The notes under the pieces: model-generated
Database searches by the model: none
What the model was told of the DNA's origin: nothing
What the model saw: only the letters and a program-made list of their open reading frames with translations
DNA from: an uncultured Chloroflexia bacterium
Lineage (GTDB): Bacteria; Chloroflexota; Anaerolineae; JAAYZQ01
Assembly (NCBI GenBank): GCA_963700285.1
Contig: CAVOXA010000015.1
Span: forward strand, 64,001-128,000
DNA length: 64,000 nt
Direction of reading: 5' to 3'
Shown here: piece by piece, positions 1 to 9,682 of the stretch
How positions within the stretch are numbered: the stretch's first letter is position 1
How the letters are laid out: every line of letters begins with the position of its first letter
Program-made: the position numbers and the translations under genes

Positions 1-832
1 AGCCCGCCACGGCAGAGGAGCTGGCGCAGATCGCAGCCGCTGCTGGCCGCCGACTGGCTGGCCGGCGAGGGGCTGGAGGGCCAGGTGGTGGGCTATGCCA
101 TCGGAGAACCTGGTCCCGCGCCACCTGGACCGCGTGCGCGAGGCGCCGCGAGGAGCAGATCGACAAGACCCTGGCCGCCGTGCACGAGCGCCTGACCAAA
201 GAGATCAACTACTGGGACCGCCAGGCCGACCGATGCTGCGCGAGCAGGAGAAGGCCGGCAAGGCCAACGCCGCGCTCAACGCGCCCGGGCCCAGCAGCGC
301 GCCGACGAACTGGCCGCCCGCCTGGAGCGGCGCACCCGGGAGCTGGACCTGGAGCGGCAGATCTCGGCCACACCGCCGGTGGTGATCGGCGGAGCCGTCG
401 TGATCCCGATCGGGCTGCTGCTGGGTGAGCGCACGCCGCCGGAGCTGATCGACACGGCGCATCACCGAGGCCATCGCCATGCAGGCCGTGATGCAGGCCG
501 AGACCGACCTGGGCAACCACCCCCGCGATGTGAGCAAGGACAACCTGGGCTACGACATCGAGAGCCTCGACCCGCGGACCGGCCGGCTGCGCTTCATCGA
601 GGTCAAGGGCCGGCGCGCTGGGGCCGAGACGGTGACCGTCACCCGCAACGAGATCCTGACCGGTATCAACAGCCCGGAGCAGTACATCCTGGCCATCGTC
701 GAGGTGGAAGACGGACAAGCCCAAGAGCCGCGCTACGTGCAGCAACCTTTCGGCAAGGAACCGGATTTCGGGGTGACCAGTGTGAACTATGAGCTGGGCG
801 AGCTGCTGGCGCGGAGCACGGTGGCGACGTGA
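1..832 (+). CDS. C-terminal part of SNF2-family helicase with DUF3883 (NOV_C) nuclease-like domain; 5' end lies outside the window; frameshifted
   Basis: Fragments [11 protein letters not shown] and [11 protein letters not shown], then [25 protein letters not shown] (DUF3883 pattern). Lies upstream of DUF1156 and DUF499 genes. Confidence 0.8.
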
Positions 833-842
833 TTTCCTACCC

Positions 843-922
843 CGTCATCGCGAGGAGCGTCAGCGACGAAGCGATCCCCAGTTGCGCAATTGGAGACCAC
901 TTCGCTGGCACTCGCGATGACG
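843..922. repeat. Palindromic CGTC-type REP-like element, copy 1
   Basis: Perfect 12-bp terminal inverted repeat CGTCATCGCGAG...CTCGCGATGACG, with internal GAGCGTCAGCGACGAAGCGATCCCC shared with the copies at 4627 and 5146. Confidence 0.85.
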
Positions 923-959
923 ACTTTGCCATAGTGCTGAGCACCCCTACTTGATCCGC

Positions 960-988
960 TGGACAAGGCTCTAAAACTATAGTACAAT
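960..988 (+). promoter_or_regulatory. Putative sigma70 promoter of the toxin-antitoxin pair
   Basis: TGGACA-17 bp-TACAAT. Confidence 0.5.
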
Positions 989-1042
989 GCATGGTAGAAT
1001 ATGTATTACAGTTCATAGCGCATCTTTGTAAGCGAGGTGACC

Positions 1043-1324
1043 ATGCAGAAGATCATTGGCGTGACCGAACTACAGCGCCGCTTCCGCTCTATTTTCGACG
1101 AGGTGGCCAAGGAGCGCGTCCCCTACGTCCTGACCCGGGGCAGCCGGCCCGAAGCAGCGCTCATCCCCTACGACGAGTACTTGCGCTTCGAGGCACTGAG
1201 GGAGCAGGACCTGTTGGCCCGTTTTGACCAATTGGTGGCCCGGATGGCGGAACAAAGCGCGGCTATCAGCGAGGAAGAGGTGGCCGCCGACGTGGCCGCC
1301 GCCCGGGCTGAACTGGCGAACTGA
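1043..1324 (+). CDS. Type II antitoxin, Phd/YefM family
   Basis: IGVTELQRRFRSIFDEV...YVLTRGSRPEAALI; RBS GAGGTG; TGATG overlap with the toxin gene. Confidence 0.85.
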   Translation: MQKIIGVTELQRRFRSIFDEVAKERVPYVLTRGSRPEAALIPYDEYLRFEALREQDLLARFDQLVARMAEQSAAISEEEVAADVAAARAELAN

Positions 1325-1749
1325 TGCGGGCCGTCGTCGACACCAACGTCCTGGTGCGGTCCGTCATCCGGCCTCAGGGCACGGTGGGCCCGGTGCTGCT
1401 GCGCCTCCGCCATGGCGAGTACACCCTGCTCTATGCCCGCTCGCTCCTGGAAGAACTGATCGACGTCCTCAACCGGCCGCGTATTCGCCAAAAGTACGGC
1501 CTGTCCGGCCAGGATATCCAGACCATCCTCGGCCTTATACTCCTGCGCGGGGAGGAGGTCACACCAGTGGAGTGCATCACGGCTTGCCGTGACCCCAAGG
1601 ACGACAAGTTCCTGGAAGTGGCCGTGGCCGGCCGGGCCGACGCCATCGTCAGTGGAGACCAGGATCTGCTGGTGCTGCATCCCTATGAAGGCATCCCCAT
1701 CATCCCACCGCGCCTTTTCCTGCGGATGCTGGATCAGCAGGAGCAGTGA
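1324..1749 (+). CDS. PIN-domain toxin (VapC-like, PIN_3)
   Basis: VVDTNVLV...[12 protein letters not shown]...IVSGDQDLL. Confidence 0.9.
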   Translation: MRAVVDTNVLVRSVIRPQGTVGPVLLRLRHGEYTLLYARSLLEELIDVLNRPRIRQKYGLSGQDIQTILGLILLRGEEVTPVECITACRDPKDDKFLEVAVAGRADAIVSGDQDLLVLHPYEGIPIIPPRLFLRMLDQQEQ

Positions 1750-1768
1750 TACAACAAAGGAAAACTGC

Positions 1769-4600
1769 ATGACCTACCGCAAAAAACTGATCGAAGTCGC
1801 CCTGCCCCTGGAAGCCATCAACGAGGCCAGCGCCCGCGAGAAATCCATCCGCCACGGCCACCCCAGCACGCTGCACCTGTGGTGGGCGCGCCGGCCCCTG
1901 GCCGCCTGCCGCGCCGTGATCTTCACCTCGCTGGTGGACGACCCCGACGACCCCGACGCCCCGCCCGAGTTCGTCGAGGCCTGCCGCAAGCTGCCGCGGG
2001 GCAAGAACGCCGCCGAGAACGACACGCCGCGCCAGCGCCTGTTCGACTTCATCGAGACGCCTGGTCCAGTGGGAGAGCACCACCGACGAGCAGGTGCTGG
2101 AGACCGCCCGCGAGCTGATCCGGCTGGCGACGGACGGCAACCCGCCGCCGCTGCTGGACCCCTTTGCCGGGGGCGGCAGCATCCCGCTGGAGGCGCAGCG
2201 CCTGGGGCTGGAGGCCCACGCCAGCGACCTGAACCCGGTGGCGGTGATGATCAACAAGGCGCTGATCGAGATCCCGCCCAAGTTTGCCGAACATGCCGCC
2301 GGTGAACCCCCGCGACCGGGAGAAGATGGGCAGCGGCACGCGGCTGGAAGGGCGCGGCAGGCCTGGCCGCCGACGTGCGCTACTACGGCGAGTGGATGCG
2401 CGACCGCGCCTGGGAGCGCATTGGGCACTCTGTACCCGAGACTGCAACGGCGAGACGGTGATCGCCTGGCTGTGGGCGCGCACGGTGAAGTGCCCCAACC
2501 CGGCCTGCGGCGCGCAGATGCCGCTGGTGCAGCTCCTTTGACTGAGCAAGAAGAAAGGGCAGACGGGCGTGGGTGGAACCGCATGATCGACCAGACCGCC
2601 AAGACCGTGCGTTTACGTGGTCAAGACAGGGCAAGGGCAAAGCGCCCAGAAGGCACCCAAAGTGGGCCGTGGTGCGAAGTTCCGCTGTCTGGTGTGCGGC
2701 GACCGGTGCCCTATGACCACATCGCGAGACGAGAGGCGAATAGCTGGAGCGCATGGGAGCGCCAGTTGATGGCGATTGTGACCGAGGGCAGCAAGTCGGA
2801 CGCAGCTACTACGCAGCCGACACCCGAACACGAGCAGATTGCCGCAAGCGCAATACCAGCATGGCACCCGGACCAAGCTGGCCAAGACGCCTGCGGATTT
2901 CGTGTCCAGATGTATGGCATGACCAGACATCGCTGACCTCTTCACCCCACGCCAGCTCGTCGCCCTGACCACCTTCAGCGATCTGGTGGCCGAGGCCCGC
3001 GAGCAAATCCACGCCGACGCCGTTGCAGCCGGCCTGCCCGATGACGACGTTCCCTTGCGCGAGGGCGGCGCCGGCGCCCGGGCCTACGCCGAGGCAGTGA
3101 GTGTGTATCTTGGCGTTTGCTGTGGATCAGCAGTGCAGACTACTGGTCAATGCTCTGGCCAGTTGGGGCAACGAGATTCATCGTGCAAGCACTTTTGCAC
3201 GACAGGCACTGCCAATGATTTGGGATTATGCTGAGGCAAATCCATTTAGCTGATTCGACGGGGAACTGGCTTGGCAGCCATCGACTGGATTGCAAGAGCG
3301 CTTGAGATGTCTGCATGCCACGGTCGACGGGATATGCAGTATCAAGCGTGATGCCACGCAACTCGAGTTCTGACAGGCAGTTCGTTATATCAACCGATCC
3401 ACCGTACTACGACAATATCGGCTATGCGGATCTATCTGACTTCTTCTATGTTTGGCTGCGTCGAAGTCTGCAGGATGTCTATCCAGACATCTTCAGCACT
3501 TGCTGGTTCCAAAAGAACCGGAACTGATTGCCTCTCCGTATCGCTTCGGCGGCGACAGAGACGCAGCAAATGAGCATTTCGAGACAGGGCTTGACGAAGC
3601 TTTTCGCAGATATGCGCAGATCATGCTCAGCCGAGACTATCCCTTGACGGTCTACTATGCATTCAAGCAGTCCGAAGATCGATACGCTGAAGGAAGGACA
3701 CGTGCAGCAGTACTGGCTGGGAAACGATGCTGAAGGGCTTAATTCGAGCCGGGTTTTCAATCATTGGTACTGGCCAATGCGCACCGAGAGACTCGGGCGC
3801 ATCATGGAGCATTGGCACAAATGCTCTCGCCTCCTCCATTGTCCTGGTCTGCCGCCCGCGCCCTGACGACGCGCCGATGACCTCCCGCCGCGAGTTCGTC
3901 AACGCCCTGCGCCGCGAACTGCCCGCTGCCCTGCGCGAGATGCAGTCGGGCAACATCGCCCCGGTCGACCTGGCCCAGGCCACCATCGGCCCCGGCATGG
4001 CCGTCTACAGCCGCTACAGCAAGGTGCTGGAGCCCAACGGCGACCGGCTCACCGTGCGCACCGCCCTGCAGCTCATCAACCACGAGCTGGACGCCTACCT
4101 GGCCGAGCAGGAGGGCGACATCGACGCGGACTCGCGCTTTGCCGTGGCCTGGTTCGAGCAGTTCGGCTTCCAGCGAAGGCCCCTTCGGCCAGGCCGACGT
4201 GCTGGCCCGGGCCAAGAACACCAGCGTCGACGGCCTGGCCCACGCCGGCGTGCTGCGACTCGGGGGCGGGCAAGGTGCAGCTTCTACCGCTGGTCGGAGC
4301 TGGACCCCGGCTGGGACCCAGCCACGGACAGGCGCCTCACCGTCTGGGAGGCCGTCCACCACCTGATCGAGCGGCTCAACGTCCACGGCGAGGAGGGCGC
4401 GGCCATGCTGCTGGCCAAGATGCCCTCCGACCTGGCGGCCGAGGCGCGGCAGCTCGCCTACCGGCTCTACAGCATCTGCGAGCGCAAGGGCTGGGCCGAG
4501 CACGCCCGGGACTACAACGCGCTGGTCATCTCCTGGGGCGCCAGCCAGGAGCAGGCGCGGGAGTTCAAGGAGCAGTACCAGCAGGGGAGGCTGTCTCTAA
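1769..4600 (+). CDS. DUF1156 adenine-specific DNA methyltransferase; multiple frameshifts, end approximate
   Basis: [10 protein letters not shown]...[14 protein letters not shown]; motif [16 protein letters not shown]; motif [27 protein letters not shown]; C-terminal [17 protein letters not shown]. Confidence 0.85.
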
Positions 4601-4775
4601 CGTCATTGCGAGCGGAGGCTTCCAGACGTCATTGCGAGGAGCGTCAGCGACGAAGCAATCCCCAACTACTCCAGTGGAGACTGCTTCGGCCCCAAAGCGG
4701 GCCTCGCAGTGACAGGATCGATGGGGACCCAGGACATGCTCGGGACAGGCTGTCACTGCGTTCCTCGCGATGACA
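4601..4775. repeat. Cluster of CGTC-type palindromic repeats: half copy at 4601, full copy 4627-4713, contracted copy 4751-4775
   Basis: CGTCATTGCGAG at 4601 and 4627; CTCGCAGTGAC at 4703; TGTCACTGCG-TTC-CTCGCGATGACA at 4751. Confidence 0.8.
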
Positions 4776-4792
4776 GGCGTGAGAGGGGGCTG

Positions 4793-5080
4793 GTGACCAA
4801 GCAGTATTTTGTGTACATCATGACCAACAAGCACAACCGGGTGCTGTATACCGGCGTGACCAATGATCTCAGGAGACGGGCATACGAGCATCGGACCGGG
4901 CGCGGGGGTGGGTTCACGAGCCGGTACAATGCGACGAAACTGGTGTACTACGAGGTCTGTGAGGATCCGCGATCTGCCATCGCCAGAGAGAAGCAGATCA
5001 AGGCGGGCTCCAGGCAGAAGAAGCTGGACCTGATCGAAGGGATGAATCCGGAGTGGGAAGATCTGTATCCCGGTCTGTAG
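4793..5080 (+). CDS. Small GIY-YIG nuclease (UPF0213-like)
   Basis: YFVYIMTN-VLYTGVTNDLRRRAYEH-FTSRY-AIAREKQIK-NPEWEDL; GTG start after GAGAGGGGG. Confidence 0.9.
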   Translation: MTKQYFVYIMTNKHNRVLYTGVTNDLRRRAYEHRTGRGGGFTSRYNATKLVYYEVCEDPRSAIAREKQIKAGSRQKKLDLIEGMNPEWEDLYPGL

Positions 5081-5145
5081 GGCAGGATCTCTTCGAGAAT
5101 CAGCAGCGGCAGTTCGCCCGAGCGAGCCTCGAAATCACAAGGCAC

Positions 5146-5227
5146 CTGTCACTGCGAGCGCTAGCGAAGCAGTCTCCAGCTACATAGTTGGGGATCGCTT
5201 CGTCGCTGGCGCTCCTCGCGATGACAG
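5146..5227. repeat. CGTC-type palindromic element, inverted relative to the 843 and 4627 copies
   Basis: Reverse complement reads CTGTCATCGCGAGGAGCGCCAGCGACGAAGCGATCCCC...GGAGACTGCTTCG...CTCGCAGTGACAG. Confidence 0.85.
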
Positions 5228-5243
5228 GCTGGGAGGGAGTTAG

Positions 5244-8200
5244 ATGGCACTCAGCAACAGAGAACGGGTCGGACGGATCCTGGAGGCACTGAAAGAGGGC
5301 CTGGGGCCTTTCATCATGCGCGAGTACCGCCAGCGCTATACCGCAAACGACTATACCAACGAGATGGACATGGTCCTAAGCACCGGAGCCTACCCGGGCC
5401 TTCCCGATGATGCCTGGTCCGACGATGCCGCCCTGCTGGCGGCGCTGGACACCCACGCCTGCCTGCACCTGATGTGGCGGCGCTGGAACGAGGTCTTCCA
5501 GGACAAGCTGGGCCACGTGGGCCGCTCCTACGTCAGCGAGATGATCGAGGCCCGCAACAACTGGGCGCACCAGAGCGCCTTCTCCAACGACGAGGCCTAT
5601 CGCGTCGCCGACACCGCCGCCCGCCTGCTCAAGATGGTCAGCGCCGCGCCGGAAGCGGCCCGCGTCGACGAGATCGGCCGCGAGCTGCTGCGCCAGCGCT
5701 TCGAGGCCGAGGCCGAGAAGGCAAGAAAGGAGACCGTCGTCCAGGCCGAGACGCAGATCACCACGCCTGGCCGGGCTCAAGCCCTGGCGCGAGGTGGTCC
5801 AGCCCCATCCCGACGTGGCCAGCGGGCGCTACATCCAGGCCGAGTTCGCCGCCGACCTCTCCCAGGTGCTGGCCGGCACCGCCGAGGCCGGAGTACCAGG
5901 ACCCGCTCGAGTTCTTCCGCCGCACCTACCTCACCGAGGGCCTGCTGGCCCTGCTGGTGACCGGCGTCAAGCGCCTCACCGCCCAGGGCGGCGACCCGGT
6001 GGTCCAGCTCCAGACCGCCTTTGGCGGCGGCAAGACCCACAGCATGCTGGCCCTCTACCACCTCTGCGGCGGCAAGATCCGGCTGGGCGATTTCCCCGGC
6101 GGCGAGCGGATGGCCGCAGAGATCGGCGACGTCGACCTGCCGGAGGCCAACATCGCCGTGCTGGTCGGCACGGCCCTCGACCCGTCCCGGCCGCGCGAGT
6201 ACCCCGACGCCACCGTCCACACCCTGTGGGGCGAGACTGGCCTACCAGCTCGGCGGGCGCGAAGGGCTACCAGATGGTCGAGCAGGCCGACCTCAAGGGC
6301 GTCAGCCCCGGCTCCAACACCCTGCAGCGAGCTGCTCTTCCAATTCGGCCCGTGCCTGATCATCATCGACGAACTGGTGGCCTACGCCCGCAACCTGTAC
6401 AGCGTGGAGCGGCTGCCGGCCGGCTCCTTCGAGTCGATCATGACCTTCATGCAGTCGCTCACCGAGGCGGTCAAGCGCTCGGACGAGTCGATGCTGCTCG
6501 ATCTCGCTGCCCGAGTCGGACATCGAGATCGGCGGCGAGGCGGGGCGCGCCGTGCTGGAGACCCTCTCCCACGTCGTCGGACGCATCGAGTCGGTCTGGA
6601 AGCCGGTCACCGCCACCGAGAGCTTTGAGATCGTGCGCCGCCGCCTGTTCGCCACCGAGGTCGACTATGCCGCCCGCGACGCCGTCGTCAACGCCTTTGG
6701 CGACATGTACCGCAACGCCGCCGGCGAGTTCCCCTCCGGCGTGGCCGAGCGGGACTATCTGGACCGGATGCAGCGCCGCCTATCCCATCCACCCCGAGCT
6801 GTTCGACCGGCTCTACCAGGACTGGTCCACCCTGGAGCGCTTCCAGCGCACCCGCGGCGTGCTGCGGCTGATGGCCGCCGTCATCCACCAGCTCTGGACG
6901 CGGGGCGATCCAGTCGCTGCTGATCATGCCCGGCACGCTGCCGCTGGACACCACGCCCGGTGCGCAACGAGCTGCTGCGCTACCTGCCCGATACCTGGGC
7001 TGCCGTCTTCGACACCGACATCGACGGGCCAGAATCGCGCCCCTTTGCCATCGACGGCCACGTGCCCGGCCCTGGGCAAGCTACAGCGCGGCCCGGCGCG
7101 TGGCGCGCACCATCTTCGTCGGCAGCGCGCCCTCGGTGGCCGAGCAGCGCGTCCGCGGCCTGGAAGAGATCCGCATCCGCCTGGGCTGCGCCCAACCCGG
7201 CGAGCCGGCCGCCGTCTTTGGCGATGCCCTGCGCCGCATGAGCGGCCAGCTCACCTACCTCTACACCGACGGCAGCCGCTACTGGTACGACACCCGGCCC
7301 ACCGTCAACAAGCTGGCCCGCGACCGCGCCCAGAGCTATCGCCAAGAAGAGGTGGACGCCGAGATCGTGGACCGGCTGCGAGCTGTGCCCAAGAACCGGG
7401 ACTTTGCCGCCTTTCACGTTGCCCCGCCCGAAACCTCCGACGTGGTGGACGAGGATCGGGCCAGGGTCGTCGTCCTGCATCCCGAATTCACCCACAAGCG
7501 CACGACCGGCGAGACAGAGGCGGTGCAAGCAGGCCCGGCGCTTCCTGGAGAGCCGCGGGAACGCGCAGCGCCTCTACAAGAACATGCTGATCTTCATCGC
7601 CGCCGACGAGAACGACGCCGAGGCCCTGCAACTCGGCTGTCCGCGATTTTCTGGCCTGGCGGTCCATCCACGATGAGCGCGACGAACTGAACCTGGACGC
7701 CCAGCAGCGCCGGCAGGTGACGACCAGCCTGGAAAAGGCCGATGAGACGGTGGATCTGCGGCTCCGGGCGGCCTATAGCTGGCTGCTGGTGCCGGTCCAG
7801 CCGGAGCCGCTGGGACCCATCGAGTTCCAGGCCAGCCGCATCAGCGGCGACGACAACTTTTACGACCGGGCCGCCCGCCGGCTGCGCAACGACGGCCTGC
7901 TGATCTACGAGTGGTCGCCCGACATCCTGCGCATGGAGCTGGACCGCTACATCTGGAGCGAGGAGCGCGGCTGGGAGGTCGGGCTGAAGCAGCTCTGGGA
8001 ATACCTGGCCCAGTACTGCTACCTGCCGCGCCTGTTCGACCAGCGAGGTGCTGGTCAACGCCGTCAGGGACGGCGTGGGCCGCCTGGACGCGCCCTTCGC
8101 CTACGCCACGGGCAAGAGCGAAGAGGGCTACCACACCGGGGTCGTACTCCGCAGCCTGGGTACCGTCTACTTTGACGACCGGAGCCTGCTGGTCCATCCG

Positions 8201-8553
8201 GATCACGTGGTCGAGCCACCCGAGGTCAAGCCTGTCGTCGGAGCCTGGCCAGGGTACGGACGGTCCCTGGCCCAGGCAGAACGCCACCAGTGCACGAACC
8301 CGAGCCCCGAGAGAAAGTGATGACCCGCTACTACGGCCGCGTCGCCATCGACCCCCAGCGCGCGAACCAGGACATGGGTCTCATCGTCGAGGAGGTGGTC
8401 GAGCGCCTTACCAGCCAGCTTGGCTGCGAGGTCGAGATCAGCGTCGAGATCGAGGCCAAGCGGCCGGACGGCTTTGAGGAGAGCACCATCCGCACCGTCA
8501 GCGAGAACAGCCGCACGCTCAAGTTTGAGGGTTTTGGCTTTGAGGAGCGGTAG
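5244..8553 (+). CDS. DUF499 AAA+ ATPase with N-terminal Swt1-like HEPN domain; frameshifted
   Basis: HEPN Rx4H (ARNNWAHQ); EFAADL; [11 protein letters not shown]; Walker [13 protein letters not shown]; Walker [11 protein letters not shown]; [12 protein letters not shown]; C-terminal [12 protein letters not shown]. Confidence 0.85.
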
Positions 8554-8625
8554 ACCAAGCTCCCCTACGCGCCAGCTATCAGCAAAGATCGTGCATTCCT
8601 CCAGTCAGCAAGGAGCGAGTGGTTC

Positions 8626-9681
8626 GTGATAAAGCAGTCTGTATGCCCTGAATGCGAAGCATTGAATCGATGGCAGAACCTGTACTGCACGCGTTGCGGT
8701 GCGTCCATGCACGGCGCGGTCATTGTCCAGGAAGCCTCCAAATCCACAGAGGAGGATACTCCCCGGATGCGCGTACCGGGCTGGTTAAAATGGCTGCTTC
8801 TGGGGCTGCTATTGCCAGTTGTGTTTATCGCAGGCTCCCGCTTGTTAGATCAGGGGGTACTCACCGGTTCCTCGGAACCACCCCGTCCCATGGCACTTGA
8901 TCCCACCCATTTACTCTGTGGCATCTCCATCGTTTTGGTCTTTGCCATCCCCCTACTTCTGATTGTCCTGCTTCTGCCTCCTTTGCTGCACAGAGATCGA
9001 CTCAATCAGCGCGCCCAGCGCGACTACCGCGAAGCAAGGGGTACTTACCACCTGAACCAGCTCCGGCAGTCGCTCACATCTCTGGACGCCAAGTTGGAAA
9101 AGCTTGGGCAGCAAGAATCGCAGTTGAATGCAAAAATCCACTCATTGCATCAGCAGCGTCAGCAAGAGCTTCTGCGCGCCCTGAATCGCCACGTTGCACA
9201 AGCTTACCTGACCGACATTGACGGGATCGGGCCCAAACTGCGCGACCGTATCCTGCAGGAGTGCTTTTCTGGAACGCTCGACAGTCTGTTGGTGGCCTAC
9301 TGTGTACAAGGCGTTGGAGAAAAGCGAGCGCTAGATATCCGCGTCTGGGTCCAAAAGTGGAAGCAGCAACTGCCAGAGCTTGCCATGACAGACTTCCCAG
9401 GCAAAAGGAGAATTGTGGCCAGCTACGAACAGAAGCTGCAGGCTAGCAGGGGTACACTGGAGTCTGTCCAGAAAAAGTCCCGCTCGCTGCAACGCCTCAG
9501 GAAACTGGCTGTGGCCGAGCAAGAGCGCCTGGCAGGTGTGACAGTGTCACATTTCAGGCAAGCCTACAACCGGAACTCGGATAGCTCCGAAGTCATTGAT
9601 CACTACTTGCAAGGCGTCTTTGCAGAGTGGGCGCCGATGCCCGCATGGTTCAAGCAACTGATTGGGGAGTTTGGAGGCTGA
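8626..9681 (+). CDS. Hypothetical membrane protein: zinc ribbon, 2 TM helices, coiled coil, tandem helix-hairpin-helix
   Basis: CPEC..YCTRCG; two hydrophobic stretches; DIDGIGPKLRDRI and VQGVGEKRALDI. Confidence 0.7.
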   Translation: MIKQSVCPECEALNRWQNLYCTRCGASMHGAVIVQEASKSTEEDTPRMRVPGWLKWLLLGLLLPVVFIAGSRLLDQGVLTGSSEPPRPMALDPTHLLCGISIVLVFAIPLLLIVLLLPPLLHRDRLNQRAQRDYREARGTYHLNQLRQSLTSLDAKLEKLGQQESQLNAKIHSLHQQRQQELLRALNRHVAQAYLTDIDGIGPKLRDRILQECFSGTLDSLLVAYCVQGVGEKRALDIRVWVQKWKQQLPELAMTDFPGKRRIVASYEQKLQASRGTLESVQKKSRSLQRLRKLAVAEQERLAGVTVSHFRQAYNRNSDSSEVIDHYLQGVFAEWAPMPAWFKQLIGEFGG

Positions 9682-9682
9682 T

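Noticed and set aside
3727-4773. ORF-track C-terminal extension of the methylase through the repeats, and the 4709 start of the GIY-YIG gene
   Set aside because: The extensions translate the palindromes. A TAA at 4598-4600 one base out of frame and a GTG with RBS at 4793 are more plausible.
843-5227. Palindromic repeats as a CRISPR array or integron attC sites
   Set aside because: No regular repeat-spacer period, no cas or integron integrase gene, and the ends lack the RYYYAAC/GTTRRRY attC core.
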